DNA of 64,000 bases from Nemertoderma westbladi (taxonomy: Eukaryota; Animalia; Xenacoelomorpha): the NCBI GenBank assembly GCA_032718475.1, contig JAUCBJ010004672.1, positions 1-64,000 on the forward strand, written 5' to 3'. Below the pieces are notes generated by a model. That model was not told the DNA's origin. It was given only the letters and a program-made list of their open reading frames with translations, and did not search any database. Within the stretch, counting starts at the first letter, position 1, and each line of letters begins with the position of its first letter. Shown here in pieces: positions 50,197 through 61,043 of the stretch. Made by a program: the position numbers and the translations under genes.

Positions 50197-51148
50197 GTAA
50201 GTAAAACAGTTCAATTATTATTAACCTGTTAGACCTAGAACCCAGCCATTCTGAACGTTTTTACCCCCTTTTGTCTTTCGAGATTGATTTTCAGATTTAG
50301 ATTGCTTTTATATTGTCACGTTGCTTTTATATTGTCACGTTAAGTTACCAAATGTATTTCAGTAAACAACCAAATGCGTGCCATTTCTAGTATTTGTGAC
50401 AACTGTAATTATCAGAGACACCAAGTATCCATGGAAACAGGTTGGGAACGTCTGCAGATACGAACTGGAAGCGAGTTGACGAGGCCATCTACCAGTACAA
50501 TGGTTTATAAGGGGAGATTGAAGGGATATAAGGGAAATAAAATACGTATTACATGAAAGATAAATGTTTTTTTATTTCCTATGATGTATCTATAATATGC
50601 TGAGCGATCAAGGTTTATCGACCTTGGTGGCTCATAAAGGAACAAAATCATATGTATTTTTAGGTTAATAAATAAACGCAATAATTTTTATTGTCCATTT
50701 TTATCCTTTTTTTGTCAATTTTTTTTGATTTTTTATGTCATCCAAAAGTCTAATGTTAGGTTCCATGCTACCGGTTTCTCTACTGCTGTTCTCTCAGGCT
50801 ATCAGTACCGGTTAGTATATATATAGCACTATTTTGCTGTATTGTATGTACAGATGTAGGTATAAAGCAGGTATTTCTGTATTTTAGTACCGGTACCGGC
50901 ACTGGTACTGCTATAGGCCTACTGTGTAGCCTACCATTTAAATACGGTAATGGTAGGCCTACCGGTTGTGCTAATAAATTTTAAATAATTGATAGGCGAA
51001 ACTGGATTGCAGGATTGTGGAAAATGTGGATATACCTTTCACATAATTTAGGCCTTACTGTATTAGTTTTATAATCAATAATGGATCATGACTACTGTCT
51101 GAGTAGTGTTACGGATAGCGGCTCCACTACTTCCAACAGCACAGAAGG

Positions 51149-51740
51149 CCCGCCTCTGTAACCTGCCCCTTTCCCTCAATTAGTTAAATGATCGTTTATT
51201 GTTTTGGTTAGAAAATCCCGTCTCTGTAACCTGCTCCTTTCCCTCAATTAGTTAAATGATCGTTTATTGTTTTGGTTAGAAAATCCCGTCTCTGTAACCT
51301 GCTCCTTTCCCTGATTTGGTAAAGTGACTGTTTATTGTTTTGGTTAGAAAATCCCGCCTCTGTAACCTGCTCCTTTCCCTCAATTAGTTTAAGTGATCGT
51401 TTATTGTTTTGGTTAGGAAATCCCGCCTCTGTAACCTGCTCCTTTCCCTCAATTGGTAATGTTATCGTTTATTGTTTTGGTTAGAAAATCCCGCCTCTGT
51501 AACCTGCTCCTTTCTCTCAATTGGTAATGTTATCGTTTATTGTTTTGGTTAGAAAATCCCGTCTCTGTAACCTGCTCCTTTCCCTCAATTAGTTAAATGA
51601 TCGTTTATTGTTTTGGTTAGAAAATCCCGCCTCTGTAACCTGCTCCTTTCCCTGATTTGGTAAAGTGACTGTTTATTGTTTTGGTTAGAAAACTCGGCCT
51701 TAACCTGCTCCTTTCCATCAATTGGTAATTGTTTTTGGCT
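51149..51740. repeat. About 68-bp minisatellite, 8-9 copies
   Basis: Unit CCCGCCTCTGTAACCTGCTCCTTTCCCTCAATTAGTTAAATGATCGTTTATTGTTTTGGTTAGAAAAT. Confidence 0.93.
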
Positions 51741-52204
51741 ATAAAATGAGTGTTTTGCTACGTCATGTGGTAATCGATTATCGACAACAACCACAAACTA
51801 TTAAATATAGAGTCTTTTTACCACAGGCGCATATGGAAATCTATCTCATAGTCTATAAATCATGGAATGTTTTGGCACAGGCATAGTGAAATCAACTGTC
51901 TGACAGTCCAGAAATCAGCAGTCTGACAGTTTGAAGAAATACATACATAAAAAGTGACAATAAAAGTCATTAAATGGACAACAAAAGTCATTATGCATAA
52001 TTCGTAAAAAAAAAGTGACAAAAAAAGTCAAATAAATTGACATAAAAAAATCACTGCCATAAATAAATAGTTTACCAAATCATTATATTATGTGCCAGTC
52101 TAATTAAAAAATATCTCATTTTATGGCAGTTTAGGATACATGCCATTTAGATAATTTATTTATTTTATCGAACTCGTTATTTGATCCACTTCTCGTAGTC
52201 TTCC

Positions 52205-52268
52205 TGCGTAGTCCAGTGGTTTGTTCCTTGGAGTCTGTGCGGAAAGGCCGAGGTTCAATCCTTACACG
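52205..52268 (+). mobile_element. Degenerate tRNA-derived SINE head
   Basis: A box TAGTCCAGTGG (52209) and B-box-like GGTTCAATCC (52252). Confidence 0.45.
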
Positions 52269-52389
52269 TCGCTGATAGTTTATTTTTCATTTAATCCAAT
52301 GATGATACTCGCAGGCTACCTTTACTAACGCTAAAACGGGAGCCGTTTCCGTTGTGTTGAAAACATGCGAGGCATTTGTCTGAGGATAA

Positions 52390-52685
52390 AACGTTTAGTT
52401 ATAATAACTTCAAGTTTTGTTATAATAACGTTATGTTTAGTTATAGTAACTTAAAGTTTAGTTATAATAACGTAAAGTTTAGTTATAATTATAATTTATA
52501 ATTTATAATAACTTAAAGTTTAGTTATAATTTAAAGTTGAGTTATAATAACATAAAGTTTAGATATAATTTAAAGCTTAGTTATAATAACATAAAGTTTA
52601 GTTATAATTATAATTTATAATAACTTAAAGTTTAGTTATAATAACTTAAAGTTTAGTTATAATAACATAAAGTTTAGTTATAATT
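52390..52685. repeat. AT-rich minisatellite of about 20 bp
   Basis: AAAGTTTAGTTATAATAAC repeats. Confidence 0.88.
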
Positions 52686-53602
52686 GCCATCATGATCTAA
52701 TCATTATAGTGGGGGTTGGTACACTATTCCATAACGTTTGTAAAGTGAATATAGTTATCGAGATATGGCACAAAATTTATAGTAATTTTAAATAAATTAA
52801 ATAAACTACATATTGGCAGCCAATACATTTTTTAACTGTTATGTCCGGGGTTAACTACAAGTAGTTGTTAAGTTTGGTACACTACACACACATTCAATTT
52901 ATGGAGGGCACGTATTTGGAATAGCGCAAGCGGTGCTACTATGCCCTAAGTTAAAGATATACGGTAATAAATTATTTCGCAGTACAGCTGTAGTGGACGT
53001 ATGAATCTGCTCGTTATGTGGTGTGTTCAGCATCAGCTGGTAGGAACATTGTACACATTACCTAATGAATGGGGCCGAAATAGAGGCATCTAAAATAATA
53101 AAAAAAATAATCTGAAATAATATACAAATGTAATATACCGCTACAGTAATATAAATACAGCATTAAATTAATTAGGAAATAAAAAACACTGTTATGAATG
53201 TAATTGCATTATGTTCCAACATTTGGAGTAAAATAATTTAAAACGGGATAAACAATATGTCTATAAAACATGCATACATAATTAAAAGACTATATAAAGA
53301 CCAATTAAAATACGGATTTATTTTGCGTTGTGTGCGTGTGGATCGGAGCAGGCAGACTATCTAAAAACATCGCGGTTCTTAGAGGGGAACAGTTCTGCGG
53401 AACATGCTGACAGTGCTGATAGTGGTCAGTATTGTGGGCTAATGCACCGCAGAAGCGGCAGATGCAATAATCAGCAGCTCGCCAACAATTGGAGGAATTG
53501 CAGAGTTTGTGGTGGAAGCCGTTGGAAATTAGTTGATTGAATTGTTGATTAGTTGGCACTGTTATAAGATTGAATGCAGGTGAGATAAAAGAAGTAGACC
53601 AA

Positions 53603-53780
53603 GCAGCACCTTGGTCTAGTGGTGACATTCATGGGCTTCCAATTAGGAAGCCCTGGTTCGATCCCTAGATGGGGCAGCACTGTTCGGGCACATTGATTTA
53701 AATGCTGCAGCCTAGCCCAACCCCGTCTTTCATCCTTCAGTGGTCGATAAATGGGGACCAAAGCAACTTGGGAACCAGAT
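53603..53780 (+). mobile_element. tRNA-derived SINE (head and body) running into the 63-bp satellite
   Basis: A box TGGTCTAGTGG (53612), B box GGTTCGATCC (53655), body motif CTTTCATCCTTCAGTGGTCGATAAATG (from about 53727). Confidence 0.75.
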
Positions 53781-56614
53781 TGGAAGGGTTTACTGTGGAA
53801 GATCACCCATGGTGGTGAACAGGCATTCCTTTAGGAAACAGAGTGGAAGGGTATATTGTGGGGGATCACCCATGGTGGTGAACATTCCTTTAGGAAACAG
53901 AGTGGAAGGGTTTACTGTGGAAGATCACCCATGGTGGTGAACAGGCATTCCTTTAGGAAACATAGTGGAAGGGTTTTCTGTGGAAGATCACCCATGGTGG
54001 TGAACAGGCATTCCTTTAGGAAACAGAGTGGAATGGTTTACTGTGGAAGATCAAAGATCACCCATGGTGATGAACAGGCATTCCTTTAGGAAACAGAGTG
54101 GAAGGGTTTAATGTGGAAGATCATCCATGGTGGTGAACAGGCATTCCTTTAGGAAACAGAGTGGAAGGGTATATTGTGGGGGATAACCCATGGTGGTGAA
54201 CAGGCATTCCTTTATGAAACAGAGTGGAAGTGTTTACTGTGGAAGATCACCCATGGTGGTGAACAGGCATTCCTTTAGGAAACAGAGTGGAAGGGTTTAA
54301 TGTGGAAGATCATCCATGGTGGTGAACAGGCATTCCTTTAGGAAACAGAGTGGAAGGGTATATTGTGGGGGATCACCCATGGTGGTGAACAGGCATTCCT
54401 TTATGAAACAGAGTGGAAGGGTTTACTGTGGAAGATCACCCATGGTGATGAACAGGCATTCCTTTAGGAAACAGAGTGCAAGGGTTTAATGTGGAAGATC
54501 ATCCATGGTGGTGAACAGGCATTCCTTTAGGAAACAGAGTGGAAGGGTATATTGTGGGGGATCACCCATGGTGGTGAACAGGCATTCCTTTATGAAACAG
54601 AGTGGAAGGGTTTACTGTGGAAGATCACCCATGGTGATGAACAGGCATTCCTTTAGGAAACAGAGTGCAAGGGTTTAATGTGGAAGATCATCCATGGTGG
54701 TGAACAGGCATTCCTTTAGGAAACAGAGTGGAAGGGTATATTGTGGGGGATCACCCATGGTGGTGAACAGGCATTCCTTTATGAAACAGAGTGGAAGGGT
54801 TTACTGTGGAAGATCACCCATGGTGGTGAACAGGCATTCCTTTAGGAAGCGGAGTGGAAGGGTTTACTGTGGAAGATCAAAGATCACCCATGGTGATGAA
54901 CATGCATTCCTTTAGGAAACAGAGTGGAAGGGTTTAATGTGGAAGATCATCCATGGTGGTGAACAGGCATTCCTTTAGGAAACAGAGTGGAAGGGTTTAC
55001 TGTGGAAGATCACCCATGGTGGTGCACAGGCATTCCTTTAGGATCCAGAGTGGAAGGGTTTACTGTGGAAGATCACCCATGGTGGTGAACATGCATTCCT
55101 TTAGGAAGCAGAGTGGAAGGGTTTACTGTGGAAGATCAAAGATCACCCATGGTGATAAACAGGCATTCCTTTAGGAAACAGAGTGGAAGGGTTTACTGTG
55201 GAAGATCATCCATGGTGGTGAACAGGCATTCCTTTAGGAAACAGAGTGGAAGGGTATACTGTGGAAGATCACCCATGGTGGTGAACAGGCATTCCTTTAT
55301 GAAACATAGTGGAAGGGTTTACTGTGGAAGATCACCCATCATGGTGGTGAACAGGCATTCCTTTAGGATCCAGAGTGGAAGGGTTTACTGTGGAAGATCA
55401 TCCATGGTGGTGAACAGGCATTCCTTTAGGAAACAGAGTGGAAGGGTATACTGTGGAAGATCACCCATGGTGGTGAACAGGCATTCCTTTATGAAACAGA
55501 GTGGAAGGGTTTACTGTGGAAGATCACCCATCATGGTGGTGAACAGGCATTCCTTTAGTATCCAGAGTGGAAGGGTTTACTGTGGAAGATCACCCATGGT
55601 GGTGAACATGCATTCCTTTAGGAAGTAGAGTGGAAGGGTTTACTGTGGAAGATCAAAGATCACCCATGGTGATGAACAGGCATTCCTTTAGGAAACAGAG
55701 TGGAAGGGTTTAATGTGGAAGATCATCCATGGTGGTGAACAGGCATTCATTTAGGAAACAGAGTGGAAGGGTATACTGTGAAAGATCAAAGATCACCCAT
55801 GGTGGTGAACATGCATTCCTTTAGGAAACAGAGTGGAAGGGTTTAATGTGGAAGATCATCCATGGTGGTGAACAGGCATTCCTTTAGGAAACAGAGTGGA
55901 AGGGTTTACTGTGGAAGATCACCCATGGTGGTGCACAGGCATTCCTTTAGGATCCAGAGTGGAAGGGTTTACTGTGGAAGATCACCCATGGTGGTGAACA
56001 GGCATTCCTTTAGGAAACAGAGTGGAAGGGTATACTGTGAAAGAGCAAAGATCACCCATGGTGGTGAACAGGCATTCCTTTAGGAAACAGAGTGGAAGGG
56101 TTTACTGTGGAAGATCATCCATGGTGGTGAACAGAACAGTTTCTAAACCACCACCCATGGTGGTGAACAGGCATTCCTTTAGGAAGCAGAGTGGAAGGGT
56201 TTACTGTGGAAGATCACCCATGGTGGTGAACAGGCATTCCTTTATGAAACAGAGTGGAAGGGTTTACTGTGGAAGATCACCAATGGTGGTGAACATGCAT
56301 TCCTTTTGGAAACAGAGTGGAAGGCTGTACTGTGGAAGATCACCTACGGCGGTGATCAGGCATTCCTTTAGGTTTCAGAGTGGAAGGGTTTACTGTGGAA
56401 GATCACCCATGGTGATGGTGAACAGGCAGTCCTTTAGGAAACAGAGTAGAAGGGTTTACTGTGGAAGATCACCCATGGTGATGAACAGGCATTCCTTTAG
56501 GAAACAGAGTGGAAGGGTTTAATGTGGAAGATCACCAATGGTGGTGAACACGCATTCCTTTAGGAAACAGTGTGGAAGGGTTTACTGTGGAAGATCACCA
56601 ATGGTGGTGAACAG
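53781..56614. repeat. 63-bp satellite, about 44 copies
   Basis: Unit GAGTGGAAGGGTTTACTGTGGAAGATCACCCATGGTGGTGAACAGGCATTCCTTTAGGAAACA, with +7 (AAGATCA) and +3 variants. Confidence 0.97.
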
Positions 56615-57057
56615 CTCCATAAGCTCATAAGTACTAAAATTACTCAATAGTATGGGGAACGCAAAACTAAATAAAAAAAAGTTCAAAGGCACCAAAATTT
56701 AATGTAGTTTGTAGCATTCAATATGATTTAACAGTGATGGTGTGGATTATTCATTAAGGTGGCATAACTTTATTATATAGCGCGCTTATTTATGTATGAA
56801 TTCTACTGTACGTTGGTTACTACGGAACTGCCGAAAAGAAGAGATATGCCGCTGAGATATACTAACACCGCTGAAGACGCCCCCGACGGGTGAAATGGCC
56901 TTACGGTGAAAATAACTTATTTTTATAACCTGTGGTGAACGACCCTTAACCCCAAACATACCAGCCTGAGGGTGAGGGGGGGGGGGTGTCTTATGAACCT
57001 TTCCAGATATAAATTATTATATTAAATAAGAAAGATATTATTTGGCATACCTTACAG

Positions 57058-57300
57058 GACGATGTGGCGCGGTTCCGACCTGGTATGGGCGGTGGGCGCG
57101 GCGGAATCCTTCCTCCCGTAGAGGCCGCCCGCTCCTGGGCACCCATGGACGCCGCGTCCAGGGCCGTTGGGGCGACCGCTGTGAACCCGTCGCTGGTAGA
57201 CCAGGAGGGACGCGTACTAATGGCATACTCAATGGACCCGGATCAAATCAACTGCGACAAACTATTTAACTTGCTCTGTCTCTATGGCAACGTACTTCGG
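57058..57300 (+). CDS. HNRNPL: hnRNP L-like exon 8 (linker end and RRM3 start)
   Basis: TTACAG| ...GRVLMAYSMDPDQINCDKLFNLLCLYGNVLR |GTGAGT; matches hnRNP L RRM3 (NCDRVFNVFCLYGNV). Confidence 0.95.
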
Positions 57301-57619
57301 GTGAGTTTGAAGTAACATACGATTTTTATTTAAACTCAATGCGTTACGCCTCTAGTGGCTGGTGTGCTTTTCGTATTGGTATAAGCTAAACGATGATTTT
57401 TACAAATTGAAGAAAATGACCTTTTGCAGATCCAATCCATATAAACTTATCTAATCTCTGATATTTTAACCATCAGTGAATCAGAGTATATTATATTCAA
57501 TATGTCTCCGCATGGCGGCGTTGGCTTTTCCGACTAAAACCATTTTACACTGTCAGAGGCCAAAAAGTCGTAATTGTAAAAATGAACCAATCACTATTTC
57601 CACCTTCTTAATTTCCGTG

Positions 57620-57686
57620 TGCTGTTGTCAGAATGGTTTGGGCGTCCGACTTCTAACCCGAAGGTTACAGGTTCGATCCCACCATG
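57620..57686 (+). mobile_element. tRNA-derived SINE head, same family as the copy at 23752-23826
   Basis: GAATGGTT.G.GCGTC.GA.TTC.AACCC.AAGGT.AC...GTTCGATCCCACC is shared with the reverse complement of 23752-23826. Confidence 0.6.
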
Positions 57687-57984
57687 ACATCAAACATTTG
57701 TTGCAATTTATTCAACCCTAAAAATTGGAGGTACCCAGCTCTATTGCACTAATTAAGCCGGCTGGTCACACAGTCTAACAATCTGTGACTCAGTGACATA
57801 CGGTGCAAATATTGTTACTACTTTATGGCGTACATCCAGCAGCCGCTAGATGGCTCCATGTAGTTGGACAGACCTTAGAGTGTGATTTTACTTTATATAG
57901 ATTAAACGGTATGTTTTAGTTACTTTTTAATTTATTGTAATTACTAATTCTGTATTCCAACTACCTCGTAATATTTATCCCCAG

Positions 57985-58205
57985 ATTTCGTTTATGAAAA
58001 GTAAACCGGGTAACGCAATGATAGAAATGGGGGACCCCGCCTCTGTACAGCGGGTGTTGACGCATCTCAATAGAGTGGTGGTTAACGGGAGGGCCCTAGA
58101 ATTGGGCTACAGTAGACAGACAACCGTCCAAGCCAAGGCTCGAACCCAGGAACTCCAGGATGGCACCCCCGCCTTCAAGGATTACTCAAACTCAAGGAAC
58201 AACAG
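57985..58205 (+). CDS. HNRNPL: hnRNP L-like exon 9 (RRM3 remainder); gene continues beyond the window
   Basis: CCCCAG| ISFMKSKPGNAMIEMGD...LQDGTPAFKDYSNSRNN(R) |GTTACA; matches VKFMKSKPGAAMVEM...DFSESRNNRF. No RRM4 exon found before 64000. Confidence 0.93.
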
Positions 58206-58444
58206 GTTACATTCCTTACTAACTAATTAATTATTCCATCTGTTGCTGTAACAACGCTATCCTGTAACGGTAATCGGTTTTTTTTACAATACACCCCCCC
58301 CCCCCCCCCCCCCCCCACCCCAGTCGGGGTAAACAGAACGTCGTATTAAAATTTTCTTTATTAGTGAACCAGAAATATAAAATAAATATTAATATAACGA
58401 AATGTATGTCTGTATTATTATGAGAGTTATAAGGTTGAAGTAAA

Positions 58445-58575
58445 CAGACAGTGAGACTGACAGTGAGACTGACAGTGAGACTGACAGACTGACAGTGAGA
58501 GTGACAGACAGACTGACAGTGAGAGTGACAGACAGACATTGAGAGTGACAGACAGACAGACAGTGAGAACAGACA
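58445..58575. repeat. GACA/GTGA-type simple repeat
   Basis: GACAGTGAGACT and GACA iterations. Confidence 0.85.
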
Positions 58576-58653
58576 GGGGTGGGGGGGGGGGCAATGTAAG
58601 CAATGGAGGTAGTGCTATCTACCGGAGCAGGAGAGGTTGCAGACACAGCAAAG

Positions 58654-60482
58654 GCAGCTGTCTGAGAGCGGATGGAAGGCGTCGGATTGAGAGGCAGCTG
58701 TCTGAGAGCGGATGGAAGGCGTCGGATTGAGAGGCAGCTGTCTGAGAGCGGATGGAAGGCGTCGGATTGAGAGGCAGCTGTCTGAGAGCGGATGGAAGGC
58801 GTCGGATTGAGAGGCAGCTGTCTGAGAGCGGATGGAAGGCGTCGGATTGAGAGGCAGCTGTCTGAGAGCGGATGGAAGGCGTCGGATTGAGACAGAGGCA
58901 GCTGTCTGAGAGCGGATGGAAAGGCGTCGGATTGAGAGGCAGCTGTCTGAGAGCGGATGGAAAGGCGTCGGATTGAGAGGCAGCTGTCTGAGAGCGGATG
59001 GAAAGGCGTCGGATTAGAGAGGCAGCTGTCTGAGAGCGGATGGAAAGGCGTCGGATTGAGAGGCAGCTGTCTGAGAGCGGATGGAAAGGCGTCGGATTGA
59101 GACAGAGGCAGCTGTCTGAGAGCGGATGGAAGGCGTCGGATTGAGAGGCAGCTGTCTGAGAGCGGATGGAAAGGCGTCGGATTGAGACGAGCAGCTGTCT
59201 GAGAGCGGATGGAAAGGCGTCGGATTGAGACAGAGGCAGCTGTCTGAGAGCGGATGGAAAGGCGTCGGATTGAGACGAGCAGCTGTCTGAGAGCGGATGG
59301 AAAGGCGTCGGATTGAGACAGAGGCAGCTGTCTGAGAGCGGATGGAAAGGCGTCGGATTGAGAGGCAGCTGTCTGAGAGCGGATGGAAAGGCGTCGGATT
59401 GAGAAGAGCAGCTGTCTGAGAGCGGATGGAAAGGCGTCGGATTGAGACGAGCAGCTGTCTGAGAGCGGATGGAAAGGCGTCGGATTGAGTAACGCATGCA
59501 GCTGTCTGAGAGCGGATGGAAAGGCGTCGGATTGAGACAGAGGCAGCTGTCTGAGAGCGGATGGAAGGCGTCGGATTGAGACAGACTGTCTGAGAGCGGA
59601 TGGAAAGGCGTCGGAGTAGACGATCAGCTGTCTGAGAGCGGATGGAAAGGCGTCGGATTGAGACAGACTTTAAAGTGAAACCCGTGAGTGGTGGCGCATC
59701 GAGTAACGCATCAGCTGTCTGAGAGCGGATGGAAAGGCGTCGGATTGAGACAGACTTTAAAGTGAAACCCGTGAGTGGTGGCGCATCGAGTAACGCATCA
59801 GCTGTCTGAGAGCGGATGGAAAGGCGTCGGATTGAGACAGACTTTAAAGTGAAACCCGTGATGGTGGCGCATCGAGTAACGCATCAGCTGTCTGAGAGCG
59901 GATGGAAAGGCGTCGGATTGAGACAGACTTTAAAGTGAAACCCGTGAGTGGTCGCATCGAGTAACGCATCAGCTGTCTGAGAGCGGATGGAAAGGCGTCG
60001 GATTGAGACAGACTTTAAAGTGAAACCCGTGAGTGGTGGCGCATCGAGTAACGCATCAGCTGTCTGAGAGCGGATGGAAAGGCGTCGGATTGAGACAGAC
60101 TTTAAAGTGAAACCCGTGAGTGGTGCATCGAGTAACGCATCAGCTGTCTGAGAGCGGATGGAAAGGCGTCGGATTGAGACAGACTTTAAAGTGAAACCCG
60201 TGAGTGGTGGGCATCGAGTAACGCATCAGCTGTCTGAGAGCGGATGGAAAGGCGTCGGATTGAGACAGACTTTAAAGTGAAACCCGTGAGTGGTGGGCAT
60301 CGAGTAACGCATCAGCTGTCTGAGAGCGGATGGAAAGGCGTCGGATTGAGACAGACTTTAAAGTGAAACCCGTGAGTGGTGGTGCATCGAGTAACGCATC
60401 AGCTGTCTGAGAGCGGATGGAAAGGCGTCGGATTGAGACAGACTTTAAAGTGAAACCCGTGAGTGGTGGTGCATCGAGTAAC
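58654..60482. repeat. Compound satellite: 40-45-bp units changing to about 87-bp units that contain the same core
   Basis: Core CAGCTGTCTGAGAGCGGATGGAA(A)GGCGTCGGATTGAGA; from about 59625 each unit adds CAGACTTTAAAGTGAAACCCGTGAGTGGTGGCGCATCGAGTAACGCAT. Confidence 0.95.
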
Positions 60483-61043
60483 AACATGTCTGTTGGGTTG
60501 ATTGCGGCGTTTCCAGTTATCTGATATGAATGCAGGTCCGTTAGTGTAAGATTCCCGAATATACTTTATTTCCCGGTCCGTACGGTGATTCCTATTGGCT
60601 AATATTACATCGCGTTTCAAAGTGTTGGATTTTGTTCTAGAATTGAGTCGATGAAACTTCCCTGACCAATAAGCTTTAGAGCCATTGTAGAAGAAGCATA
60701 TTTATGGAGCGCGAGAATATATTTACTAAAGGAGGATTTAATTAAACGCAAATGCTACAACTACCCAAAAATACCAAAATCTTTCATTTTCATTTTCTTT
60801 AGCTTTATGTGGGTAGTGAATGATAAAGATGTCTGAAGGGTAACTCCGAGGTATTCGTAGTTGTTTACTAATTTAATTTCATCATTATAATTTCCAAATT
60901 TAAATTTATCATGTTTACCACATCAAAAGCGGTGGTTGACAGATGCCAAGAGCGAGTAGATATCTTTATCGTTCTGAATGGTGTTAATTATTGCATAACT
61001 GTCATCCATATATCGTTTACAAAAACGGAATGGAAAATGTTGT

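Noticed and set aside
53603-53676. Functional tRNA genes here and at 2169, 23752, 52205 and 57620
   Set aside because: A and B boxes are present but acceptor and anticodon stems do not pair properly; better explained as SINE or tRNA-derived heads.
58654-60482. Tandem hammerhead ribozymes (CTGAGAG...GAAA)
   Set aside because: No CUGANGA core with a proper stem II and III. The 78-bp unit (CTGATAT; minus-strand GAAAC...GTC) also fails.
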